Shown here one piece after another: positions 1 through 12,400 of a stretch of DNA of 64,000 nt. How positions within the stretch are numbered: position 1 is the first letter of the stretch; each line of letters begins with the position of its first letter. This DNA is from Macrostomum hystrix (taxonomy: Eukaryota; Animalia; Platyhelminthes). The translations under genes were made by a program, and so were the position numbers. Under the pieces are notes generated by a model. That model saw only the letters and a list, made by a program, of their open reading frames with translations. It was not told the DNA's origin and made no database searches. The stretch is from the NCBI GenBank assembly GCA_950097015.1, contig CATNEN010000038.1:13392001-13456000 (forward strand). Direction: 5' to 3'.

Positions 1-2621
1 TAGATCATACAGCTGTTGCTCTGGCAGGTCGGCTGGGGCCTCCATGCCACCAAGTGAAGACACGCCCTCCAGCAGCGCTTGCAGCCTTGCAAGCTTGGAC
101 TTGGCATCGCGAAGCTGACGTGCCCGCTGCTGAGTGAGCGGATCGGCGTCCGCCCACTGAACGCTGTCAGCCTCCGACGATGCGGACGCCTTACTGATGC
201 CAGCCGTAGCCGCGGCAGCTGATGACGCCACACCACGCTCCGAGCTTTCGTCGCCGTCTAAACTGCTGCCGTAGTTGAGCAGTCGGCGACGCGCTCTATC
301 CTCCATCTGTCGAGCACTGGTCGAGCTGCGGCCTGAAGTGGCCGAAGTCGGAGCTGCTGGCTGCGAAAATGCCGCGGCGGATGTGGCCCCTCTCTGTTGG
401 CTGTCTCCATCGGATGTGGCAGCGTCTAGGGTGGAAGCAATGTGCGCAGTAGAATACACTATTACTTTGTATAATTACTTAAGAGTACATTATAGACTGG
501 TACTTAAGTAGAAAACTAAATCGTCAGGTAACTCTAACTCTCTGTGGCTAGTCAGTGACACGAAAGTTTCAGCTAACGGATTGTAACTCTATGCGGATTC
601 TCTCCTGGGACTGAAGCTATAAAATTACCAGGGATGTTAGACTCCTTTAAAATAAAGAGAGACAAGAGTAGCCAGTAGCGCACCTCCGCGTCCGTGAATG
701 AACTCGGCTGCCTCCTGGTAGTAAGCCACAAGCTGTCGGATGCCGCTAAGCCGGTCTCGCACTGTGCGCAGTTTCTCGAGCTGGGCCCGGGCGTCCATAG
801 CGCCTAGAAGGCTGGCTGCCTCGCCAGCCGTGTTGCCGGCTCGCAGAGAGCTGGCGAAAGCCTATGATTCGCCAGGGTTCAATACTTCACTGTCAGCAGA
901 AAAGGCTACATAGATCATTGAAAAGGACAATAATTCTAGTTGGTCAGTAGGAAGCAGATGATTCAGATCAGGTGATCAGGTCAGATCAGATCAGATGACT
1001 CACCTGCTGCTCAGTGCTCGTTGTCGAGGCATCGACTCCAGCCGCACGCAAAGCGCTCAACTCGCCAAGCGCCGCGTCCAGCCTGGCCTTCTTGGCCTCT
1101 AAATCAGTCAAACGACGAGCCAGACGGGCCTCCGGTTCCACAGCGTCTGTCGAAGCGGCCGCTGTTGACGATGCCGCAGCCGACGCCACAGTTTCCCGCT
1201 CCTCATCAGCCTCTGAGTCCTCCTGAAGCGTCCGTGGCGCGGATCTAATCGACTCGTCTTCTTCTTCGTCGGCCTCGGCGGCGGCGGCCAGCCGACCAGC
1301 CAACTGTGCTCCGGCAGCGGCGCGCAGTGTCTCGCGTTGCCGCATTAGCTGCAGCTGGCGCCGCTGCTCTGCCTGCTCGCCCTGCATGACGGCCACCGCC
1401 TGACCTTGCCTGGCACGCAGTCGCTCCTGCCTGAGCAGCATCTCGCGCAGGCGATCCCGCTGTTCGCGCAGGTCGTCCAGCTCCTGACGCCGGCTTGTCA
1501 AAGCCTCTTGAGCATCTGCCTGGGTGAAGTTGCGGATACTCAGTAGACGAGCCACTAACTCATATTGTACAAACAGTTAGACTTAAAAATATGCATTTTT
1601 GGGGTGAAATCATAGTTGTTCAGACCTTAGAAACATATAACTCACTTGCAAGGCGCGCCTCTCAGCCAGCAGGCGCCGCATACGCTCTTGCTCTATCCGC
1701 AGCGCCGCAAGCTCTCGTTCGACGCTTTCGTCAATCGCCGTAGCTGGAGCTATTCCAGCGGCGCCAGTTTCTTCGTCCGCCTCTTCATAATCGTCTTCGC
1801 CTTCGGCTGCTCCGCCAGCGGCATCAATCGATGCTGGCGGAGCGGCAACGGCAGCCTGTGGCACATCGCCAGTGTCTGGCAGCAGGCGGCCCAGCAAGGC
1901 TATGTACTCCTCTTCCTGAGCGGCCAGCTGCCGCATCAGCTGATCCAGATTGCGGCCCTGCTCGCCGTCAACCGAACGGCGTAGGGCCAAAGCCTGGAGT
2001 GTGCAGGTGCAGGAATGGAAGCGAAATTGTCACTGAGCGTTCCAGACAAGCTAGAATAACTAATATATTAGACTATTAGTGGCTTAATACTGTAAGAGTA
2101 TTAAGTAGACTGGGTGGCGAGCTGCGCCGCCTGCCTAACAAAGAAGAGTCCGACCATCCCACCGCTGCCACCAGTGTAAGACGCTGGTTTCTCAGGTAGC
2201 ACGCACATAAAAACGCGAAGAGCCATTTGCTCGCTAGCACTATTATATTTGGCCAGCAACACTGGGGTGGACAAACCCACCCCCCAATCACGCTACGCAA
2301 GCACGCACGCAGGCGTGTACGCTCTACCCCCCGCAGTGTACACTTCGGGCCGCGAACTCTAAGCTGCTTACAATGCAATAGGTAACCCACCTGACGTTGA
2401 TAATCTCGAATTTGTAGCAGCCGGCCAACTAGCTCGTTGACGTCCCGACCGCTTCCAATGGCAGCGCCTCCTCCAATCGGCCTATGACCGTCGCCAGCTT
2501 CGCCGACAGTCGAAGAGCCGACACTGCGCGCACTGCCACTTCTGGCTGTCGCTCCGACGCTAACACTGTGTTGTTTTGAGATTGAACTATTAAACTGCGA
2601 CATCGTCCGTGCTTTTTGCAG
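1..2621 (-). CDS. PCM1: Pericentriolar material 1-like protein, 5' part, multi-exon, runs off the window start
   Basis: Phase-compatible GT-AG exons 2391-2621 (ATG at 2603), 1646-1993, 1004-1519, 684-861 and <1-425. Motifs ELVGRLLQIRDYQRQ, LDQLMRQLAAQEEEY and EKLRTVRDRLSGIRQLVAYYQE resemble recalled PCM1 N-terminal coiled coils (IVSRLVQIRDY, LKEQEKSY, RLNELRELVHYYE). Confidence 0.8.
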
Positions 2622-3063
2622 CTATGGGGAATTGGGAGCAGAGGGTATGACTGCATGCACTATAAATGCACTGAAAAAGCAATAGCAATCGATAAAAATA
2701 TTTTGGATTTACCTAGGCATTGTTATGGGCAACACATGCTTGAGTCTGTATTTTACCAAAAGGTCATCATAAGAATGGTCAAGATAATTTTTTTCTGAAG
2801 GTTGTCCTAATATGGTTATACAGGCAAATAATGTATACTATACTAGCAATGCAAATAGCACAAAGACAATTGACAATTTACTTTTTTATTATAAATTTTA
2901 CTGGCAAAACCCACTTTTTTTAAACCCAAGTCTTTCTAGAATTTATTTTATTATAAATGGCTTCACTGATTTTCACCAGACTTGCACCATTCTTTTTGAA
3001 CTTTATCTAAGACAGTGCATCACATATTTTAACTACAAGCTAATAAATATTAAATCAGTGTTA

Positions 3064-3557
3064 TGTGGCGGTCACAGACGGACAGTCAAGTCCATGGCAT
3101 TGACACGCCGCGCTAATGTTGTAAAGCCTATGGGCTGCGCAAATATACGAGCAACCAAAAGTTCATTTCTCTCTCTCTTGCATCGGCTCGCGAGCCACTA
3201 CATTGGTGAGCCCAACTGCTCAATGCGATTTTGAGCATGCCAGAGCACGTAGCAACCAGTGCTAGCACTGCAGATGCAGCTGCAGCCGAGGCTACAGAAG
3301 AAGAAGCTGTTATTGCTACTGGCATTATCGCAGCTGCCACCAATGCCAGCTGCAACACATCCGTCAGCACAGTAGCACTCAAGTTGCCACCTTTTTGGTC
3401 CTCTCAGCCCCGAGCGTGGTTTATCCAAGCTGAGGTGCAGTTCACACTTCAGTGCATCACACAGGATGAGACTAAATATTGCCATCTGGTCGCAGCCCTA
3501 GATCAGCAGTCCACTGAGTGGTTTCGCAATGTACTCGAGAACCCCTGCCACAGATAA
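3064..3557 (+). mobile_element. Gypsy-type LTR retrotransposon 5' remnant: short LTR, PBS and truncated gag
   Basis: TGTGGCG at 3064 to CACTACA at 3202, then PBS-like TGGTGAGCCCAAC at 3204. ORF 3231-3557 contains VALKLPPFWSSQPRAWFIQAEVQF...TKYCHLVAAL, typical of a Gypsy gag N-terminus. Confidence 0.75.
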
Positions 3558-6119
3558 GTTAATCAATATTAGACCATATGTTAGCTAAGTTTTCAAAGTA
3601 TACACAAAAATTACTATCGTTTTTTGTGTATACAAAATTTAATAAAGTTCAAAGTTACTAAAGTTTACTAAAAATTCTACACAAAGCATACCCAACTTAT
3701 TTTTTGACATTAAACTCGAAATTGCTAGTTTATGTAGCCACTAATGCAGAATACAGTTAACTGTGACAGACCAAAATGAAGCATTTTAAGGGAGGCAAAA
3801 TATTTTTATACTGCCAAGATTTTTATACTTCCCATTTGAATTTAAAATTTTGATAAATAAATATGTTCATACTTGTTTGTTCAGAGTGAAACTTTTTAAT
3901 CATATTGACAAATAATTACTCTAGCTAATAATAGCAGTAATCTTAACTAAACATAGCGATGAGCAGATTCTTACTGAAATGTAGCTATCAGTAGGCCCTA
4001 GCCTAATTTATCATTTTAAATTGCTCACTAAATTTAAGCTTTAGAAATAGCTCATATTTAATTTTGAAAAGTTAGACTGTTTTAGTGCAATTCCTGAGTG
4101 TTTGGCAGACAAAAATTTAAATCATACACAAAAAATTAACTTACTGTGCAATTTCGCATATATTTTATGCAGCTTAGAAACAGGATTTTGATTTTGCTTT
4201 ATTTCACAAATCTTGCAAAGTCCAAAATATTCATACCTGCCAGACAAATATTTGTCCTGCTATAAAACATTTCTCATTTTCTTGAACAAAAAACCCAGGT
4301 TTAGACTTAAAGAAAATAAAGGAGGAAAGTGTTAATGAATAGCTATATAGGCCTACCTGATTTTGAAGGTTAACATCATTGGATATTAATATATTTGGAC
4401 AATGTAACTACAGTGGCAATGCCTAGATATATTATATTCATTGTACTAAATTGTACTAAAAAGCCAACTAAAAAGTTGAGATTTAATATAGTATAGCCTA
4501 ATTTTTAAATTTTTAACTTAGGAGCATATAAACAGTGGACTGTAAGACGATTGCATCAGGCTGCTAACTGAGACACAGCGAAAAAAATTGCAATGATATT
4601 ACATAGGCTTGGTATAGCAAGCCTGCACGCCAACGAATTTTCATGATGACTGAAAGCATTGTAACAGAAATGATATAGACAGTTATATTTCTTGAAATAA
4701 CTTTTTTTATATTTATTCAGCTATCATTTACTACAGAAACAGTCTGAAACATATAGCTAACTTTAAGTGACACATTAAAGTGCATCGTTGAAGTTCTAAA
4801 TGATATTCATATTCTTTATACTCGTATTTATACATTTCGCTACCTGAACATTTCAGAACATTTTGTGCTCTAATTTATTTTGATGCCTAAAAAATATTCC
4901 ATTTTTGTTGCTTCAGCCTCGACGGTATAATCAGGAAAGGTATGATAAAAGTTCCCATAAAATAAAATATTGAAACAGGAAATAAACGCATACGTATTTT
5001 TTTAATTTGTTTCATTAATAAAATAAATTAGATAAAAAGTGTTTTAAACTTCATAGGCTGGTATGAAGCGAAAAATCTTCGGCGTCACACTTATATTTTA
5101 TCTTTTGTTTGTTTATATCTTCTAATATGACAAAGCTCGTTCAAAGCTCAAGCTGTCTAAATGCTATATAATAAATACTTCTATAGTCTTGGATACGCTG
5201 TTAACCATGCTAGAATTAGGAAAGACCTCAAAGCTATTAAGCTAAAACTACATCCAACTGATCTGCTCTTGCCCTTTTTAAATATGAAACTGCGAAAATG
5301 CGTTAATGCGGGTACTGTACTGGACTTTGAACTTTTTTGCTTTTTTCGCTGACTCCACGAACTTTCAATGCTCGCTTGGCGTGTTTTACACTCGATTTTC
5401 AATTCTATATATTTATTAATCTACTTAAATGATTGCCCACTCCATCATACTTTACAACTTAGCGCGCTGTCTCGGTACTCCGATAAAAAGTAAAATAGCC
5501 TCGGATGCTCTGCATGTGAAAGTAGAATTAAGAAAGACTTAAGGCAGATGATTCAAACTTCTAAATAGTTACAAATAAATTAAAAATCTCCGTTTGTGTG
5601 CGAGATTTTTTTTTCCATAATGATGTCACTGTTTTTTTCTCCCTTTTCCCCTTCGGTTTCTCTATTATTAATTTCTTGCATTTTACGCTTTTGTCCGTTT
5701 TGCCCTATCGTGTACTGAAATAATTCCCGCTATAATGAAATTTGCTATTCCTCTTTTCTCGTTTCATACTGGTTTTCCTTTTTCGTAGGCCTACTAATTA
5801 AAAAATTCCTATCAAAACTATGCATTTGTCCATTCAGGAACAAAATTAATTTACTAAAATGATGCTCATGCTTTTTTCCTTCTCCTCCTTATTACAAACA
5901 TTTTGAAAATATTTGCAAATTCGCAAAATGAAAATTACTCTGGAGTTATCAAATAGCAGTTGGAAAATCAATTGTGCAACAATTTTTTAACATACTTGAG
6001 GTTGTATTTGTTCTTTTTTTGTTAACTAAAAGGTATTAAAAGTTATTTTAAATCTTATTTTACATTGAAAGTCTTGTCGAAATTCTGTAGAGCAATGTGT
6101 TAAGACAAAGAGTATTGCA

Positions 6120-6273
6120 TGAGGTCGCCTAGTATAGAGTGCCAATAAGGACGAAAATATGAAGCCGATTTTTAGAATCCACCCACCCACTCCGGTCACC
6201 AAGCTTATTAGTCTATGGTACAAGTTGTAGCTAGAATGGTGTACTGGTGTAATGGTTATACTAGGCGACCTCA
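6120..6273. mobile_element. Small MITE-like inverted-repeat element
   Basis: Perfect 17-bp inverted repeat: TGAGGTCGCCTAGTATA (6120-6136) and TATACTAGGCGACCTCA (6257-6273). Confidence 0.45.
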
Positions 6274-7085
6274 AAGGACTATATTAAAATTTGAATACAT
6301 GTAGTCGCTGGCTCTGCTATCAAAAGTTATCTTTTCGTTTTGTGTAAAAAAATTGTAAAAATGTCGTACCTGTGTACCGTTTTTTAATCGGAAAATCGGC
6401 CTCCAAACCTTTTCTAAGGAATATCAGTGTTCTGTCCTGCATACACGTTACTCCAGCAGTCCTTGCATGCACGGCATTCTGAAGGATCCTGCATTCGCCA
6501 AGAACGCCTTTACATATATACATAGCGTGTTGCGTTCTCCCCTGCCCTCGGCGAAGTGGGCCCTGGAATGCGAACAGCAGCTAGGCGAGTTATTTTAGCA
6601 GTACGATTCCGCTTTTGCTGCATCTAATCACCCGCGGGGTAATTTTCCCGTGGTCTCAAAAATTACCATATTAGTATTGTAAATTAAGTATACACAGGAA
6701 ATACTATATAGTCAGTACATAGGATTTTAAGTGCATAGAACTCTAAGCTGAACGGCTCACATCTGTAGTAGCTTAATTTTATTTCTGAAATATCGCGCGT
6801 ATATAGGTATCCAATACTTAAAATGTGGCTTAAAAATCACTTCCATGCAATTGCTTAAACAACTTAAACAAGTCCAGGTCGAATTCTTGCATAGCATAGT
6901 AATTCTTGCACTCGTAAATAAACGGTGTCTTACCGCTCGGACACAATATCGCTACCGCATGAAGAACAATGTGTTTTATAAATATTTATTGAGAGTTATT
7001 CCGTTTGAAGTATTGTGATAGTTATTTGTTAGAGTGAATTTATAAATTGACTGATATAAAGCAAAGGGTTGTCCTTAGAAATATA

Positions 7086-8644
7086 CTTTTTTGCAATTGA
7101 ATTCGTCCAAACTGCAAAACCTTTCGTCCACAAATGCTTTCTTAATGGTAGCTAAATTTAGATCATACCATAGACAACTGTGTTCACGCAAAACGGTTCA
7201 TCCAGTTTGTAAAACATTTCGTCCCCTAGACTAGAGACCGAGTGTACTGTTCCTACCATAGTGAACACCCAATTGACAGTTCGCTTTTGCTACCACTACA
7301 GCTACAGCAACGCATATCTTCCATTCTGAACCCGGCAAAACAGTCGAAGATGAGCCGAGGCCCCTACCATCCAGTGTCAAACGAAGACCACAGGCGATTA
7401 GCTTTGGCTGTTGAAGAAGGCCGCGATTGGAAACAACTGGCCGATATCCTTGGGATCAAGAGAAAGACAGCCAAAACGATTGTTGACACCTAAGTTCAAA
7501 CCGGGCGCATTGAGAAGCTTCCATCAGCAGATGGCCGTCCGAAGCAACTGCAAGAGCAGCAGATTGAGTGAATCATCGAGTTCCTCGAGGCAAACCCGTC
7601 CGCATCATTACAAATGATGCGGAACCATCTGATGCAACTTGGCAATGAAGGTCAACTTCCTCATGTCTCAACCATAAGTCGAGCACTTGACAAACAGCTG
7701 GTGACTTTGAAGCTGGCTAGGCAGATTACGTTTGATTGGAACGACCCAGTTGTGAAGGCGGCGAGATGTGAGTACGCACAGTGGATGATGAACGAAGGAC
7801 ACGACAGGAACCAGATTTTTCTCGATGAGTTCGGGCTGAACCTGTGGACGGCGAGAACTCAAGGATGGGCATATCGAGGCCAGCCTGCGGTGAGAACGGT
7901 ATGTGGCCAGCGCGGACAAAACCTGACTCTCTGCTTGGCCATATCTCCGCAATGGGGACTTGTTCACTATGCGCTGGTGGAAGGAGGTTTTCGAGCTCAA
8001 AATTTTGCAGACTTCTTAGTAGAGCTGGATGTCCTGGTGGAGGCTGAGTGGGTGGCGATCTTTGATGGGGCCCGCGCTCACCTTCAAGTCCCTGGACTTT
8101 CACCGCAACACAGCACCTATCAATCGCCACCGTACTCTCCGTATCTCAACCCAACTGAGCTCGCAGGGTCTTCCCTGAAGGCATCAGTGAAGAGGGCACT
8201 GTCAGTTCCCGCTATTCAGCGCGAGCTCTCTAATCGGCAAGCTGCTGCTGCTGCGAACCTGACTCTGCATGCCTGGCGGATGCACATTTTGAAGAGAGAG
8301 GTCGAATCTGCACTGCACGTGATTACACAGGAGAAGTGCCAGCAATGGACCAATCACACTGTGGGTTACTACGGCCGCTGTTTGGACTACGAAGACATTT
8401 TGAACTAACATTCTAACAAGAGACACTGTTTTTGCTTTGTTCAATATCTCGTGATATCAAATAAAGTCGCTCCGTTTAGCTGTTTGCTGTTTGGACTAAG
8501 GGTTTAGACGAAATGTTTTACAAACTGGATGAACCGTTTTGCGTGAACACAGTTGTCTATGGTATGATCTAAATTTAGCTCCCATTAAGAAAGCGTTAGT
8601 GGACGAAAGGTTTTGCAGTTTGGACGAATTCAATTGCAAAAAAG
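7086..8644 (+). mobile_element. IS630/Tc1/mariner-superfamily DNA transposon, full length
   Basis: 138-bp TIRs at 7086-7223 and 8507-8644 with about 3 mismatches, flanked by TA(TA), enclosing a DDE transposase. Confidence 0.92.
7350..8408 (+). pseudogene. DDE_3-type transposase with two in-frame stops
   Basis: ATG 7350 is in frame with ORF 7614-8408. Stops TAA 7491-7493 and TGA 7569-7571 interrupt it. N-terminal HTH-like region and catalytic motifs FLDEFG, IFDGARAH and PPYSPYLNPTE. Confidence 0.88.
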
Positions 8645-8942
8645 TATAGTATAGATATCCCGTAAATAAGAGTGCAATAAGCATAAATAAATATCCACCA
8701 CCGGGCCTGTACCAAAAGTATAGTAAGTTTTAAATTTACCTAGAGAACACCTTACAGAGCGATTGTGATGTGTTTCACAACATCTTGAATATTAGTATTC
8801 ATCATCTTGAATACTAGTATTTATCAGGTTATTGAATATTAGAATATTACTAGCAAGTTTTGCCCCCCTTCGGGGAGCAGAAATACTTTTAATTCGTCTA
8901 GTATATACTTTTTAGCAGCTGAATTTACAGCTTTTAAAAGCT

Positions 8943-9190
8943 ACAATGAACCCCCAGTTGACAATGATCCCCCAGTTAATGATGATCCCCTAGTTGATGA
9001 TGATCCCCCAGTTGACGATGATCCCCCAGTTGACAATGATCCCCCAGTTGACAATGATCCCCCAGTTGACAATGATCCCCCAGTTGACAATGATCCCCCA
9101 GTTGACAATGATCCCCCAGTTGACAATGAACCCCCAGTTGACAATGATCCCCCAGTTGACAATGATCCCCCAGTTGACAATGATCCCCCA
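8943..9190. repeat. 18-bp minisatellite (ACAATGATCCCCCAGTTG)n, about 14 copies
   Basis: Direct tandem periodicity in the sequence. Confidence 0.95.
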
Positions 9191-9453
9191 ATGAACCTAA
9201 TATTAGAATATTAGGTTACCAATGCGTTTTGCAAAGACAAATAACTAAGCTGTGAAAGCGAGATTCAACTCAGAATAAGTTAATGCGATTCGGCCACTAT
9301 TTTATTATTAAACAAGAATACGAGTAAGTAATGTAGGTAAGCCTTTGATTCTTCTCAGCGACATATAAAATACAATTCTTAGCTTTACAAGCTATTCGTG
9401 CTACATGTAGTAGAGCTTCTTAGGTTAAGTCAAACGAAGCTGCATCTGCTGCA

Positions 9454-12400
9454 TCAAGCCCGCTGAGTATAGAAGGTCTTGCCCTCGGCCTCCAGCTCCT
9501 TAGCGTGGGCGGCACGCTCTCGCTCAAGCAGAAGTCGCAGAGCCTCCTTGCGGACCTGAAACAAGACAAAATAGACCAAATGTTTAATATATACTGGACA
9601 GAATATTCTGAAATGGTATGCAATGGGGGCAACAAGCTTACGGATACAAAAGTGTACAACACCATGCAACTTCTTGCAATCTTTTGTAGGTCATGAGATC
9701 TTTTTCATAACACTCTATACTAAACTATACTTGTAAAATGACAGAATAAAAAATATGCTCGCACTTCTTTGTCCCAACTCTGCTCATCTTTACTTCAACT
9801 ATAGTTTTCTTTCCTAATTTTAGACAGATTAACCTAACGGAATAATTTATGGCCTTTCCGATTCCATTTTTTCGCTCTCATATATTCCCACTGTCCTTGA
9901 TTATTTTCAGTAGACTTGAGGAACCCGCTAGTTTGTTAAAGAGCACAATTAATGCCGGCTGTCATACTCGGGCAGTCAAAGTTTCCTCTCTAAACAGAAA
10001 TCCTTGCTGCGGAAAAGTTTTGTTTCACAGTTTAAGCTTCACCAGCGCTTCCATGGCTTCACACGTTTTGCATGTGAGCTCGTATTCAATACAATCCCTC
10101 CATAGGGATTGTATTGTTCTTCAGATGTCATGTTTTTCAGATGATAATGAAAACACTTTCTCCAAAAACTACTGAAAAATATACAATACATTTATCCGTC
10201 ATTTTAGGAGTCCTAAGATTACTTATTCAGTGTAAGAAGCCATGGAAACAAAAGTTTAAAAGCGATCAAAATGCCCACCGTCTCGGACGTGGTTTTCCTT
10301 TAAATCCCCCAAAAAGTGGGGGGTTTTAAGTGGTGAGCTCAGCGAGGTCCCTCGAATATATTCACGACTTACAATCCGCTTTTAAGGCTGTTTGTTCACT
10401 TAATAAGTAAAAAAGGCGAAAAAATTCGCCTGTATCTCCGTGCTGGCAGTTAGCAATTCGTCGTCGCATCCCCTGTTGAGACTTTGTGGTTAAATTTTGA
10501 CATGAAGGCTTCTTTGGCCAGCTGTAGTGTGCGTACGCACGTGAGCCAGGCCCAGGTGTACACCTGGGTCGTTTTGATTGGTTGCGGAGCGGGGTGGGTG
10601 TCGCCACCCCAGTTCTAGCTAATAATGTTTCTATACATGTATGTATCTATAGACGCGCGCTCAGCGTGGCAGTAAACGTGAGAGTTTTGGCTGCACACTA
10701 AAGATAGCCTCGGCCTTATTTTTTACAATGGCATCGCAAGAACCGAACCCCTAGTGCACCATGAATGAGCAAATTAATTTCTCTCGCGCCTCCCGGCCAG
10801 TTTGCAATCGATAGCGATTGCCACTCAACTGCACAGCGCCGGACTGCATGGGCTCGCCGGTTCGCCACATACATTAACGCAGCTGGAATCGATGACGCAA
10901 AGCGAGGGCAGCACCTGCTGTTGAACGCCGCGGGAGAGGAGCTGCAGATCATCGTCGAAGAGAATGAAATTGACGCTGGGCTACAGCACTACAGCAGCCT
11001 TGCAAAGAACATCCAGGCATTCTGGGACGGCAAGAACAGCATCGTGTTCCTCCGCTTCAAGTTCGAGACCTGCAGACAACAGCCAGGCGAGACGATCGAC
11101 CAGTGGTACCAGCGCCTGCGCAAAGGGGCGGATTCTTTTCGGTCGAGTTCTTCTTTTGTTCTTATCGACATTTTGCTTCTCGAATTCGTTCTCTTTTGTC
11201 TCCACACAGTTTCTATTCGAAGGGGGAGAGATGTAGTGTGCGTAAGCACACGCTGCAAACTAAGTGTTCGAACAGCTTGTATCTCCGTGCTGGCAGTTAG
11301 TAATTCGTCGTCGCATCCCCTGTTGAAACTTTGTGGTTGAATTTTGACATGAAGGCTTCTTTGGCCAGCTTTGTCATTTTAAATGAGTCATTATTTCAAC
11401 GAAAGAAAAGCCGTTGCATTTAATCTACTCGATTTTAATTACTTACCCCGAAGCACTGCACAGTAATGAAACAGAATTCACAGAATCTTTCATCCGCAAT
11501 ATGCTAAATAGAACTCACTCTATTGAGGTTTCCACACAATCTCAACAGAGGAGAAATAGGTTTGTGCGTATTCGAGGAGAAAAGATGAAGCTGACATTAA
11601 ATTCGTATCATACAAATTCTTGCAAAGCACGGAATGATATTACTTTCAATCCCATGTACTTACGAGTACAAATCTTACTATCTTAAGTCGTTGAAAAAAG
11701 TTATTGCAAATTCCAATGCTTCAATTGTCTCGGACAAATTCCTACTTAAGCGGAAAATTCAGCTTCAACAATCAGATACTAAACAATTGCTCTGAGCATA
11801 ACGAAACTGCAGTCTCAACAAGCCTCTTGCTCCAACAAATTCACAAATGGCGCATCACATGATCGAGAAAAAAACAGGTTTTTCTTTCTGTCTCACCCTT
11901 TATAAAAAGTGGGAATATAAAAAAGCAAATTCAAAAATCCGTGCCAGAGGAGCAGACAGAGCTAATGGAGAGTCGAAATGAATAACGGGTAAATTTGTCT
12001 GATTCAACGTCTATTTTTACTTTTTTGAAATTTTCAACAGAAGTGCATCTAGCCATCAATTTGTCTCCAATGCCTTCTAGCTCCAATGCCTTCTAGCTCG
12101 AGTTATAGGTAAATGACTAGTCAGCTGGAAACACTATCGACGCTTCGAATCAAGGACCAGTCAGTGCAGTAAGCGCTCAATTGAAACTGCCAACTGTTTT
12201 GCACTTATGTACTTTTACTGGATGGCAGCTTTTATTAACGTATGGATGAAGAACCGAGCCCTTCTCTATTTTGTCTAAATAGCACACTGTTCCTTCTATG
12301 ATACTGCCTGCGGTTCCTTCTATGATACTGCCTGCGGTTCCTTCTATGATACTGCCTGCGGTTCCTTCTATGATACTGCCTGCGGTTCCTTCTACGATAC

